The notes beneath the pieces are model-generated. The model made no database searches. It was not told the DNA's origin and was given only the letters and a program-made list of their open reading frames with translations. From a virus (lineage: Duplodnaviria; Heunggongvirae; Uroviricota; Caudoviricetes): DNA of 37,845 nucleotides. Below, in pieces: positions 1 through 8,751 of this stretch. The DNA lies in IMG/VR virus record IMGVR_UViG_2579779052_000009; one strand, written 5' to 3'. How positions within the stretch are numbered: the first letter of the stretch is position 1; each line of letters opens with the position of its first letter. The position numbers and the translations under genes are program-made.

Positions 1-738
1 TCATTCACTCTCTTTCAAACCAGTTTTAACTGTTTGTGGTTTTGGGTAAGGCTGGACTTTGAATAGCTTTGTGTTAAGGCGTTTTCTGGCTCTCTTGTCC
101 AGAAACCGGATGTAACGAAACTGACGGAATTTATGAACACTGGCTCTGTCGATATTAGCCCGCAGATGTTCACCTCGCTGTCCTCCTCGTTTGATTGCAT
201 TCTTGCAAATCTCGTGATACCACTCGCCATCAAGTTCATAGAATGTTGTTTCATGACTGCCTACATAATCAAAATTGCTTGCCTGGTACACGACACCAAG
301 ACAGCCACAACGCTCATCTGCAAACGACTGAACCCACTGCACCTGCGGATAAAGTTGTCTGATTAGTTTGAGCGCGTAACTGATTGCCCTTGATTCGGAG
401 TTTCTCGGCATACAGTCATGCAGCCATAACCGGTTAAGCTCCATATATTCGCGGTTCTGCGTGCCAGTTACGACGCGTGCACCATTGTTTGGATTAAGGG
501 CATAACCCCATTGCATTACGCCAACCAGCTCCCGTTCTGAAAATATGCCCAGATGAAGGTAGGAATTATTTACGAAACGATGGCTGTAATGTTTATTGAC
601 GACGACCAGCCGGGCCAGCCAGCAACTTATTGTCTCAACCCGTAACTCACGGGAGCCATAACCGACGATATTGTCGTTATAGTGAATAAGTTCAGGCGTG
701 CTGATGATACGGGATGTAACTTGCTTTCTGTTCCCCAC
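1..738 (-). CDS. mom: DNA modification protein Mom-like (start uncertain)
   Basis: Last gene at the Mu right-end position, immediately downstream of and overlapping a Com-like zinc-finger ORF; track ORF 1..933 is an N-terminal over-extension through com; about 230 codons lie beyond the com stop, matching Mu Mom length. No in-frame ATG near the expected start, so 738 (GTG) is a guess. Confidence 0.55.
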   Translation of the reverse strand: MGNRKQVTSRIISTPELIHYNDNIVGYGSRELRVETISCWLARLVVVNKHYSHRFVNNSYLHLGIFSERELVGVMQWGYALNPNNGARVVTGTQNREYMELNRLWLHDCMPRNSESRAISYALKLIRQLYPQVQWVQSFADERCGCLGVVYQASNFDYVGSHETTFYELDGEWYHEICKNAIKRGGQRGEHLRANIDRASVHKFRQFRYIRFLDKRARKRLNTKLFKVQPYPKPQTVKTGLKESE

Positions 739-892
739 GACAGGATTTCCTTGTGTATGTGGGGTGCTCTGTGGCGCTCTGAGATGTGATTTGATTGAGG
801 GTTTTACAGCGCGGACATTTGACTTCCAGATAACTGAAGCTGGCTCGTGCCAGTAGCTTGTTACAATGTCGGCACCGTATGTTTCGATACAT
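692..892 (-). CDS. com: Com-like zinc-finger translational activator of mom
   Basis: Translation [14 protein letters not shown]...VKCPRCK...EHPT carries the CxxC...CxxC Com zinc-finger pattern recalled from Mu Com; overlaps the mom 5' end as in Mu. Start taken at the internal ATG (track ORF 692..937 starts at an upstream TTG). Confidence 0.65.
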   Translation of the reverse strand: MYRNIRCRHCNKLLARASFSYLEVKCPRCKTLNQITSQSATEHPTYTRKSCRGEQKASYIPYHQHA

Positions 893-937
893 GGCCGCAT
901 AACCTCCTGCTTTGTTGTTGATATCTTTATCACTCAA

Positions 938-1148
938 TCGATCGACAAAAACGATCGATTTGATTTATTTAATTGATACAACAAATAACACGAAATGTCA
1001 TTAGCGAAAATTTATGAGTTTGATCACTAATTTTAAACGGTGCTGTAACGCATAAGTGCTGAATGATTGTACATTTGAATACCGCAAAGCAAACAAATCA
1101 ACTAATTTATAGAAGTCAATTGGTTAATTGCCAGCGTAAGAGGCTGCT
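938..1148. promoter_or_regulatory. Divergent AT-rich regulatory region upstream of com/mom with three GATC sites
   Basis: GATC at about 940, 953 and 1022, the first two inside near-palindromic TCGATCGA octamers; lies between com (-) and a divergent + ORF. Mu Pmom is known to be Dam/OxyR regulated through upstream GATC sites. Confidence 0.4.
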
Positions 1149-1442
1149 ATGGACAATCATGTAACGACGAGAAATCGAAAAATGATTGAAAATGCGGAAA
1201 TCTATAATGATTATTTTTCCGATTATTCAGATGCCTGCAAATACAGTTCGAGTGCGGGAGAGTTCATATGCTTCAACTTTTTTATTAAATCTTATGTTTT
1301 TCCTCCACAGCAAGAAGATGGAGGTGTGCCACCTCCTGAAATCACTTTGCACCGTATAGCCTCCGTCTCAATGATGGAGCAACAGGCTAATGAGCTGTAT
1401 AGCATTCTGGGAACGATTCTACAAAAGCGTGAATCGGACTAA
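1149..1442 (+). CDS. hypothetical protein (97 aa), divergent from com/mom
   Basis: ORF with AAGAGG Shine-Dalgarno about 5 nt upstream of ATG; AT-rich; no recognisable family. Confidence 0.4.
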   Translation: MDNHVTTRNRKMIENAEIYNDYFSDYSDACKYSSSAGEFICFNFFIKSYVFPPQQEDGGVPPPEITLHRIASVSMMEQQANELYSILGTILQKRESD

Positions 1443-1577
1443 TGATACCGGTTCATTTGCCTGCCCGGATGGGGAAGCAGGATTGACTGCTCCATAAGCA
1501 GCTATATTTCTGAATACGAAATACTATCCAGCGATTACATATGGCTGGATAGCGGCAAAGATGTTTTCATTAGTGTC

Positions 1578-1603
1578 AAACCGGCAGAGGACACCACCGG
1601 TTT
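1578..1603. terminator. weak hairpin between convergent genes
   Basis: AAACCGG / CCGGTTT 7-bp inverted repeat with 12-nt loop between the + 97-aa ORF and the - 84-aa ORF; U-tract poor. Confidence 0.25.
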
Positions 1604-1609
1604 GTATTG

Positions 1610-1864
1610 TTACATCATGGTACTGTCAGTTCCGGGCTGAGCCGGGTCTGGTTGCTCTGGCTGCGCGTCGGTTTTCGGCTCATTATCAGCATCACTGGCC
1701 GCAACTGCTGGCCCAATAAGTTTTGCCAGCACTTCATCAACGTAAGTGTCGATTTGTGCCTCAAAATCCTTGCGGACCTGCGCTTTCAGTAATTTATTTA
1801 CTTCACCGGAATACAGTGCCTGTTTTACCAGGACTTCAGTGACGGTGCCTTTAATCTCTGGCAT
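1610..1864 (-). CDS. hypothetical protein (84 aa) with acidic Pro-rich C-terminus
   Basis: Canonical AGGAGG Shine-Dalgarno 6 nt upstream of ATG at 1864; no family assignment. Confidence 0.55.
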   Translation of the reverse strand: MPEIKGTVTEVLVKQALYSGEVNKLLKAQVRKDFEAQIDTYVDEVLAKLIGPAVAASDADNEPKTDAQPEQPDPAQPGTDSTMM

Positions 1865-1899
1865 GTATATCCTCCTTATGTGGGAATACAGCCCTGCAA

Positions 1900-2082
1900 T
1901 CAGGGCTGGGTCGGGTCTTTTGGGAGCGGAGTTGCCTGCGCTGTTTTACTGAGCTTTTCAGCTGCTGCGTCATCAATTTTGCGGCGAACATAATTTCTGA
2001 TGGCCTTATAACCACCGCTCACCAGATATAACGCACTGACCACAGTGCAGAAATAAAGCAGCATCGTATGAACAAATGTCAT
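1900..2082 (-). CDS. small single-pass membrane protein (60 aa)
   Basis: N-terminal hydrophobic helix LLYFCTVVSALYLVSGGY followed by charged tail; AAGG Shine-Dalgarno upstream of ATG. Confidence 0.4.
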   Translation of the reverse strand: MTFVHTMLLYFCTVVSALYLVSGGYKAIRNYVRRKIDDAAAEKLSKTAQATPLPKDPTQP

Positions 2083-2197
2083 ATAACCTTACCTTTGATA
2101 TTGACTACAGAAACAGTTTTCAGCTAAAAAGTAACCGCGTACATAATGGTCTTCTTTGTCAGAGGTTGTAGCTTTCCTTAATGGGTTTGGAATATCA

Positions 2198-2240
2198 CCC
2201 GCCAGTCAACAAATGGCTCTTTGACCGGCGGGATTTTTTT
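2198..2240. terminator. GC-rich hairpin with T-tract just downstream of the esterase gene
   Basis: CCCGCCAGTCAA ... TTGACCGGCGGG (11/12 complementary) followed by ATTTTTTTAT on +; A-tract on the other side, so possibly bidirectional. Confidence 0.4.
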
Positions 2241-2247
2241 ATCCTGC

Positions 2248-4302
2248 TTACGCGTTATTCACTTCCACCACGATACTGTCAATCAGTACCGGGTAAGTCG
2301 CATTTTTAGTGATATCGGTCACGCGCAACTTGTCTGCCGTAAACGTGCCGACCGGAGACTGCGACAGCATGAATGGTGTCCCGTCCTTACCATCAATGAC
2401 CGGCGTCACCTCAATACTGTTGTTACCGGCAAAACGGAAGCCCAGCGTATGCCATTCGTTATTAAATGCGCCGAATGACCCCAGCTTCGTGTTCTGCGCC
2501 GTGTTTCCTTTGTGATACATCACGTTAAGGTCTGTGGCATCGCTCTGTACGTAGAACGATGCCAGCAGGTTATGACCGGCATTTCCTTCCAGAGTAACCC
2601 CTTGCGGCAGGGCAGAAACCGGCCAGTACAGCGCCAGTGCGTACTGATTAGCCGTAAGCGCGCCATCGAGTTTAAAACGACAACTGACAAGACCACCTTT
2701 ACCCAGCAGGTCCGCACCATTACCAGCATCATGCTCAAGGTACCAGGGGGCTCTTCCTGTTTCCTTGGTCAGTTTCATTGCCTTACCCCCGCTGGCTCCG
2801 GCATCATCCACGATTTGAGCCTTGCCACCTCCGGCAGCCCAACCCTGTGGTGTCAACCGTCCTTCAGACTCAGATGCCCGGTAAGCAAATAGCGTACTCA
2901 TCGTCGTGGTGTCTGCGGGTGGCGTGGACGGTTTTGATGGTGTATCAGGTGACGGCTTCTCATCCGGTGGTGTCACGGTCTGCCCGCGCATCAGTTCAGC
3001 CGTGCGCCCTGCATGGAGCATAATAGCTGAGGCCAGACGGTCTGAAATGACGCCCCTGCGTGCCCATGAGCTGAAATGGCTGTCACGCTGTGTCGAAACA
3101 AAACTGCCCTGGGTTCGGGATGCTGCACCGTAATACCCGACAGCCACAATATCCGGGTCTTCCGCCGGAGCATTCGTTGGCGTGCTCTGTCCATTCTCAT
3201 CCGTCAGGAACGGTACAAAGAAAATTTTCTGTGCTTCCTTGCCTTTGTAGCCACCGTATACTGCCTCATATTTATCGGTGCCAGCGTTTTTCCAGTAATA
3301 CGTGGTATCACCGCAAATCCACGGCACCGTGGTGGCATTTCCACTCACGCACTGCGCAGCAAGCGGAGCCAGGTCAGTTCTGAACTGCTGAACCATGGCC
3401 GTGAATAAACTATTATGCTGCTGGCTTCCTGAGGCAAGGTCTGCCTCTCCCTGCATCCAGACCACAGCCAGAAGTTTGTTTTTCGGGTTTTTCGCCAGCG
3501 CGACTTTGGTGCGGCTTACCAGGTCCTGATACAGAGGTTTACCGGCCCCCCAGCGTGAAGAATCAGCGGAAGCACCGCTGGCCTCACTGAATGAGCCGTC
3601 GGCTCCAGTGGTGAATGCTGACCCGCCACGACAACAGGGCACCAGAAGTATCCCCGCATTCTGTGGGATATAGGGAAGCAGTTTTTTGGCAATATGCAAC
3701 CCCTGACCGACAGTCCCGTACTGGCCTTTTGCCAGATCAGCTTTCGGGTGGTTTATCCCGCTCATATCCTGAACATCATGCAGGCAGTGGTCTGCCGGAA
3801 TGATGTCGTTGTATGTACACGACGTACCGTTGGGCGTTACCGTACTGCGGCGTGCCAGTTGCTTAATGCGTGGGTCCGGGCGGTCAAACGAATCCGGTAA
3901 CGGCAGCCCCTCGCCGTAGGCCATGCCATTTGACTGACCCGCGAGAATGACAACAAAGTAATATTCCGGCTCTGAACTGCTGCCATTCGTGCTACCGGAA
4001 GGCCCGGCGTTATCCGGTGCATTCCAGTCGGAGGGCGTGAGCGTTCCGGCCACGTCAGATGTGATTGGAATGATGCCAGTCACGCCTGAACTGGTGATTT
4101 CTGCACTGGGATTACCGGATACCGGCATTACCCATAATGGCTCTTTCGTGCTGAAGCGGATCACGCAGTCTGCGAAGGTGATCCCCCCTTTATTACCCGA
4201 AGGGCGGAAAGGGCTTTCAATAAATGCCACCGTGCCACCGGCAACCTTGACTGAAAACTCTCCGGGCATGGCGGAGAGCATTTTCCACTTGGAGTCTGAC
4301 AT
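2248..4302 (-). CDS. SASA/SGNH-type carbohydrate O-acetylesterase, multidomain (NanS-p-like)
   Basis: Central block YYFVVILAGQSNGMAYGEG resembles the GQSN catalytic-serine motif of sialate O-acetylesterase (SASA) domains; Ser/Gly- and Pro/Thr-rich linkers separate an N-terminal domain and a beta-rich C-terminal domain. Sits where the G segment and gin would be in Mu. Confidence 0.65.
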   Translation of the reverse strand: MSDSKWKMLSAMPGEFSVKVAGGTVAFIESPFRPSGNKGGITFADCVIRFSTKEPLWVMPVSGNPSAEITSSGVTGIIPITSDVAGTLTPSDWNAPDNAGPSGSTNGSSSEPEYYFVVILAGQSNGMAYGEGLPLPDSFDRPDPRIKQLARRSTVTPNGTSCTYNDIIPADHCLHDVQDMSGINHPKADLAKGQYGTVGQGLHIAKKLLPYIPQNAGILLVPCCRGGSAFTTGADGSFSEASGASADSSRWGAGKPLYQDLVSRTKVALAKNPKNKLLAVVWMQGEADLASGSQQHNSLFTAMVQQFRTDLAPLAAQCVSGNATTVPWICGDTTYYWKNAGTDKYEAVYGGYKGKEAQKIFFVPFLTDENGQSTPTNAPAEDPDIVAVGYYGAASRTQGSFVSTQRDSHFSSWARRGVISDRLASAIMLHAGRTAELMRGQTVTPPDEKPSPDTPSKPSTPPADTTTMSTLFAYRASESEGRLTPQGWAAGGGKAQIVDDAGASGGKAMKLTKETGRAPWYLEHDAGNGADLLGKGGLVSCRFKLDGALTANQYALALYWPVSALPQGVTLEGNAGHNLLASFYVQSDATDLNVMYHKGNTAQNTKLGSFGAFNNEWHTLGFRFAGNNSIEVTPVIDGKDGTPFMLSQSPVGTFTADKLRVTDITKNATYPVLIDSIVVEVNNA

Positions 4303-4606
4303 CGTCTTTTCTGCCTGTTTCTGAATTAAACAGAGTCAGAATAACAACCGCTGATAAATATGTGTTTTGCGGAAATTCAAAAAAAGCATCACGGTACTTT
4401 TTGTGACGGAGCCGGTTAGGCAGGAACATAACGACAAAGGATGGACAGGCCAATACGATAACCGCATATTACCGGCTTATAATTGATTTGACGATTCATG
4501 ACGCTGCGGTCAGCATCTGAAAATATGCGTTATTTCAGAAACCCCTTGCCTGTATATGGCGATATTATTATTCCTGTTTTTATCATTGATTTACATGGTG
4601 ATGTTT

Positions 4607-5128
4607 ATGCAACTGATTAATGTTAAACGATATTACCCGGAACAAAAACCCTTTGGTAATGATGTACAGTATTTTCAAAGTGAAGATGGTAAGGATTTCT
4701 ATGAGTCCCTGCCATTATTCACCAAAAAATATAAACTTTGCATAACCCCTGACAGCGGTGTTATCTGCTCAATATCACAGGATGCTTCGGCGCTGTATCC
4801 TGCGGGTTTTTCCGTTGTTGAGACAGACGAATTACCTGAAGGTACTGATATTTCAGGTAACTGGAAGTTTGATAATGGTGTCATCTCACAACTCCCGGTT
4901 AACTATACCAAAAAAGCGGAAGCACTGCGCCAGTCATATCTTAATCAGGCATATGAAAAGATTAATGACTGGAGAACTGAGTTACAGCTGGGCACGATTA
5001 GTGATGAAAACAGAGCTGCGCTTACACGATGGATGAAATACATCAGTCAGGTGAAAAAAATGGAACTACCAGCGATTAAAAACAAAGCTGAATTTGACGC
5101 CATTAAATGGCCGGAGAAGCCTGAATAA
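4607..5128 (+). CDS. tail fibre assembly chaperone (Tfa/U-like), opposite orientation to the tail fibre gene
   Basis: Tfa-like C-terminal region (RWMKYISQVKKMELP...WPEKPE); start moved to the internal ATG (MQLINVKRYYPEQ), because the track start adds a hydrophobic leader; convergent with the tail fibre gene. Confidence 0.55.
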   Translation: MQLINVKRYYPEQKPFGNDVQYFQSEDGKDFYESLPLFTKKYKLCITPDSGVICSISQDASALYPAGFSVVETDELPEGTDISGNWKFDNGVISQLPVNYTKKAEALRQSYLNQAYEKINDWRTELQLGTISDENRAALTRWMKYISQVKKMELPAIKNKAEFDAIKWPEKPE

Positions 5129-5131
5129 CAT

Positions 5132-5160
5132 AAAGGGTGCTTATCGCACCCTTTTCCTTT
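5132..5160. terminator. bidirectional intrinsic terminator between convergent tfa and tail fibre genes
   Basis: AAAGGGTGC ttatc GCACCCTTT perfect hairpin followed by TCCTTT; A-rich on the other side. Confidence 0.55.
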
Positions 5161-5162
5161 AA

Positions 5163-6074
5163 TCAGACGGATGAAACTGTGCGCCAGGCATTACCGATAT
5201 ATATCTGCACCGGACGGTAATAAACGCCTCCGATATTATCGGCTGAACTTTTCCCGGTATCCTGCACGTTAATGCCTGAAAGCATACAACCAGAAGGTGC
5301 ACCATAACTCCAGGACATTTCATTACCTCCGGGTGAATGGTAACTCTGGGCACCAAGCTGAACGTTGCTAACGTATTTGTTATCAGCAGTAGCTTCAGTC
5401 ATACCGGAGGTAATGTATATGTCCTGCGTCCCGTCAAAAGGAACGCCATTAATATTTCTTGGGGTGGAGAGTTTATTCGCGGCAACGGCGGTGCCGTCCG
5501 ATGGCAGAGCATTCGCCGCCTTATTCACCGTTTCCCGTAAACCGACGTTATCGATAAAAGCCCCTTTATCCGGAATGTCTGCGCCGTTCTGCTCCCTGCG
5601 CAGGTAACGGTTATCACCTTCGCTTTTGCTGTAAACATCCAGATTATTACGGGCGGTTCCCTTATTCTCCAGGTCGGCGAGATTCTGATCCTTCGCCAGG
5701 GCATTAACGTCACCGGGACCAAGACTGTTTTTTGTGGCAAGTGTCCCCAGACCAAGATAACCACGGGCCAGACGCTGGGCCTCCGCACCGGCATCAGCAA
5801 TTTCTTTCAGGTTATTTTTCCGGGAAAAGGCATTCGCAGCGATAATGGCTTTAATGGACAGCGTAAGCTGGTTTAACTGCGCCTTATCCGGCTGAATACT
5901 GGCTTCAGCCAGAATATTCAGCAGTTCGGCCTGGAGAATATTCAGCCAGTCCTGACCAATCCAGCTGATACCTTTTTGTCCGTCACCTTCGGTAAACCAG
6001 GTGGTGGTATTACTCTGCGCCGGTGCCAGCGCAGGCATATTCGCCACGCCGGAATTATTATCAACATGAAACAT
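5163..6074 (-). CDS. tail fibre protein (S-like)
   Basis: Position after the baseplate genes; Gly/Asn/Ala-rich sequence with a phage tail-fibre-like repeat region (DNRYLRREQNGADIPDKGAFIDNVGL). Confidence 0.6.
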   Translation of the reverse strand: MFHVDNNSGVANMPALAPAQSNTTTWFTEGDGQKGISWIGQDWLNILQAELLNILAEASIQPDKAQLNQLTLSIKAIIAANAFSRKNNLKEIADAGAEAQRLARGYLGLGTLATKNSLGPGDVNALAKDQNLADLENKGTARNNLDVYSKSEGDNRYLRREQNGADIPDKGAFIDNVGLRETVNKAANALPSDGTAVAANKLSTPRNINGVPFDGTQDIYITSGMTEATADNKYVSNVQLGAQSYHSPGGNEMSWSYGAPSGCMLSGINVQDTGKSSADNIGGVYYRPVQIYIGNAWRTVSSV

Positions 6075-6634
6075 TAAATAGTCTCCTCTTCATGGCTGTT
6101 TGCATAAACGTAAATAAACGTCTGCCATGCAGGCTTATAACGGTTCAGAATACATTCCAGCGCACCGCCTTCATAAATACGCAGCGGCGTGAGAATATCA
6201 TCCAGCACATTCATATTCCGGTAGCCGGTTTCACTGTTAATCGTGACAATACTGACCCACTGCGAATCCGGTGAGGGCTGAATGTCAATCTGATAACCAA
6301 ACTCCGCCGCAAACCGGATATAAAATTCACGGTTCAGCGAGGGCTTCATCCGGTATTTATTGCCGGCATAACGCTGTCGCTCCGTGAGGGTGGCTCCGGC
6401 CATATCACACTCGGGAAGCCCGAGATAACGCTCCCAGTCTTCCAGCAGCAGGCGCGACGTGTCAGGGAAACGCTCGGCAAGCAGCTGTTTACCCGTCCAG
6501 GATACACGCGCTGTCGAATGACTGAGGCCCAGACATAATGATGCCAGTACGGATGACGGACGCTTGTCCCATGCCAGCCCGTCAGGCAGTAACTGCAACA
6601 GGGCGCGCTGATGTGGGGTCAGGGTTACAGCCAT
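6074..6634 (-). CDS. tail/baseplate protein, Mu gp48-like
   Basis: Position between baseplate J and tail fibre; 186 aa; overlapping start/stop with neighbours. Confidence 0.55.
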   Translation of the reverse strand: MAVTLTPHQRALLQLLPDGLAWDKRPSSVLASLCLGLSHSTARVSWTGKQLLAERFPDTSRLLLEDWERYLGLPECDMAGATLTERQRYAGNKYRMKPSLNREFYIRFAAEFGYQIDIQPSPDSQWVSIVTINSETGYRNMNVLDDILTPLRIYEGGALECILNRYKPAWQTFIYVYANSHEEETI

Positions 6635-7707
6635 GTGATTTCTCCTACCGTCAGCAGCTCACTGTCTCCCGCCTGAACTGACGTCAGCGGACTGCGCACT
6701 TCAAAATCCTCCAGATTTTTCACCCCTGCCACCGCCCGCCAGAAAGACGACGGCAGAACCAGACCGCCGGGCCGGGATTCGTTGTATAACAGGTCGGTCA
6801 GCGCCTGTTTTACGGCCGCCTGATTCTCCGGTGTTTTCGGGATGATCCTGATGCTGAAGGGCACCGGCTTATTGGTCAGTTTAAACACGGTCACCGTCGG
6901 CCCCAGAGGCTGTCCGACAGGCTGGCCGGTCGCCGGATCATCATGACTGCGGATATAATCCGCCACCCGCTGAACATCACCGTCACCGGGGAAAATATCC
7001 GGGTTATTATCCTGAACAAACGTTACCCCCACGCTGCCCGCCTGCGGCCATTCCGGGCGGCACCATGCCCGCGTCACGCCCGGCACTTCACGCGCCCAGC
7101 GTTCAAAATCATACTGCGTGCCGCCGGACGGTGGATTCTGCACCCGGAAAACCAGACGGGAAAGCAGCTCCGGCACGGTTTCCACATCCGCACCACCGGT
7201 GATCCCCGTTCCGGTCACCGTGGCCGTCTGGTTGATCCCCGCCTGCGGTGTGATAAATGTCAGTTTTGTCCCTGCCGGGGCATTCCCCGCACGACCGGCA
7301 CTTTCGGCTTCCACACTGACATTCAGCGTACCGGCCTTACCGGTCAGTGAGGTGGTGATACGGTAAACCACGCCATCACTTCGCTGGAGAAGCACACCTT
7401 CCTTGATCCCCGCATCCGTGGTCAGCATCAGCTGAACCGGCCCGTCCCCCCGAGAGGCAGGCTTACGCATGACGCCCCAGAATGCACAGTGTTTCAGCAG
7501 TTCGGCTTCATCGGCTTCGGTCGGGATGATCTGACGCGCAATCCAGGCCAGATGCTCATGCTCCTGAGCAGATAACCCTGCCTGAGCGTAAGCAATGGCA
7601 TTCAGGGTGGTTTCATTCACACCCGGCTGCGAGCCGGGCAGGCGCTGGCTGATATCCTGCTGTGTCTGCGTGATTAACTGTGCCAGCGGTAAAGGCTGAT
7701 AAGGCAT
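6625..7707 (-). CDS. baseplate J-like protein (Mu gp47-like)
   Basis: 360 aa, position and length typical of baseplate J family in Mu-like tails. Confidence 0.7.
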   Translation of the reverse strand: MPYQPLPLAQLITQTQQDISQRLPGSQPGVNETTLNAIAYAQAGLSAQEHEHLAWIARQIIPTEADEAELLKHCAFWGVMRKPASRGDGPVQLMLTTDAGIKEGVLLQRSDGVVYRITTSLTGKAGTLNVSVEAESAGRAGNAPAGTKLTFITPQAGINQTATVTGTGITGGADVETVPELLSRLVFRVQNPPSGGTQYDFERWAREVPGVTRAWCRPEWPQAGSVGVTFVQDNNPDIFPGDGDVQRVADYIRSHDDPATGQPVGQPLGPTVTVFKLTNKPVPFSIRIIPKTPENQAAVKQALTDLLYNESRPGGLVLPSSFWRAVAGVKNLEDFEVRSPLTSVQAGDSELLTVGEITWL

Positions 7708-8144
7708 TACTCCCCCTTAAGATCAGCATAAAAAATCATGGGCCTCACTGAACCATCAGGCAGGGTTATGCGCACCGAAAGCGCCAGCCGCGCGTGCCCC
7801 ACACGTTCTGCATGACAGACCACGGATGACGCCACGCCATCCTGACTGAGCCAGCCCAGCGCCTCATCCGCATAGGCACGGGCACGGCTTATCACGGAGG
7901 CCAGCGTTTTTTCCCGGCGGAGAAGCCACAGACGGGAGCCAATGGGACGCGGGCGAAAACTGTCTCCCCACCATCCCCGGCGGTCACGCGTACCATCAGG
8001 GATTTCATCCGATGCCAGCGCCCGGCGGTCAGTAAACAGCGAAATCAGAACGGCCGTCAGCAGACTGTCATCCGTCAGCAGGTCGGCACCGTTCAGTTGC
8101 AGCGAACCGCACCCCTGATCCCATACAATTGCAATATCAGCCAT
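7707..8144 (-). CDS. baseplate protein, Mu gp46-like
   Basis: Start moved to internal ATG (MADIAIVWDQ) forming an ATGA-type overlap with the upstream gene stop; the track ORF extends 48 codons into the upstream gene. Confidence 0.5.
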   Translation of the reverse strand: MADIAIVWDQGCGSLQLNGADLLTDDSLLTAVLISLFTDRRALASDEIPDGTRDRRGWWGDSFRPRPIGSRLWLLRREKTLASVISRARAYADEALGWLSQDGVASSVVCHAERVGHARLALSVRITLPDGSVRPMIFYADLKGE

Positions 8145-8751
8145 TCTCCGGCGCTCCTGTCTTACTGCCTTTGCCGTTATCCTGATGCACATGGCCGGAA
8201 TAGGTGATCCCGGCAATAACGGCATCAGACATCGTGAACAGCCCGTCTGATTTACCTGTACCATCAAGCACGAAATTACCCTTAACATGCAGGTTTTTAT
8301 CCACCGTCACATTGCCCGTAAAGGTGGCCTCCGGCGTATCCACCCGCATCCCCTCATCGGCGTAAATCTCCAGCATTTTGCATGTCACAATAATGCGACC
8401 ATCCTTTGTTAACCGTATCCGGTGCCCCTCATGGTGATACACCCCCGTATCTCCGGCTGTGAGTCCGGTCGGGCGGCTGCGCCGGTCTTCCACCACAAGC
8501 ACCACAATCTGATCCCGCTGTCCGCCCAGACAGGCAAAAAAGGTTTCCGCACCCGGCAGGGGAACGCTGATCTGCCCGTACTGCTGGGGACGCTCCACAT
8601 CATCAAAGGTTTCGCCGTCCATGCCGGTGAGCTGCACATTCTGCATTTTCAGTTCGTCATGTGTGCCGGTCAGAACGCCCCGGCCAAACAACAGGCGAAT
8701 ACCGCGCGTTACCGGGGCAATCAGGCGGCTGAACACTTCATCATTCATCAA
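8137..8751 (-). CDS. baseplate assembly/spike protein (gpV / Mu gp45-like)
   Basis: 204 aa with the Gly-rich C-terminal region typical of baseplate spike proteins; conserved position. Confidence 0.6.
   Translation of the reverse strand: MMNDEVFSRLIAPVTRGIRLLFGRGVLTGTHDELKMQNVQLTGMDGETFDDVERPQQYGQISVPLPGAETFFACLGGQRDQIVVLVVEDRRSRPTGLTAGDTGVYHHEGHRIRLTKDGRIIVTCKMLEIYADEGMRVDTPEATFTGNVTVDKNLHVKGNFVLDGTGKSDGLFTMSDAVIAGITYSGHVHQDNGKGSKTGAPENG

Noticed and set aside
1-933. Full 310-aa track ORF as the mom gene
   Set aside because: The first 60-80 codons overlap com in another frame and would make Mom about 80 aa longer than the Mu protein; treated as an open-frame artefact upstream of the real start.
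2221-4324. Multiple 60-126-aa + strand ORFs
   Set aside because: All lie inside and antisense to the 684-aa esterase gene.
4556-4606. Track start of the tfa ORF with a hydrophobic 17-aa leader
   Set aside because: Tail fibre chaperones are soluble; the internal ATG with a GGTGA ribosome-binding site gives a typical length.
5984-6012. Weak resemblance to a Gin/Cin crossover (gix) site near the 5' end of the tail fibre gene
   Set aside because: Only about 10 of 14 positions match a consensus recalled from memory, no inverted partner was found, and the position would leave an implausibly short constant region.
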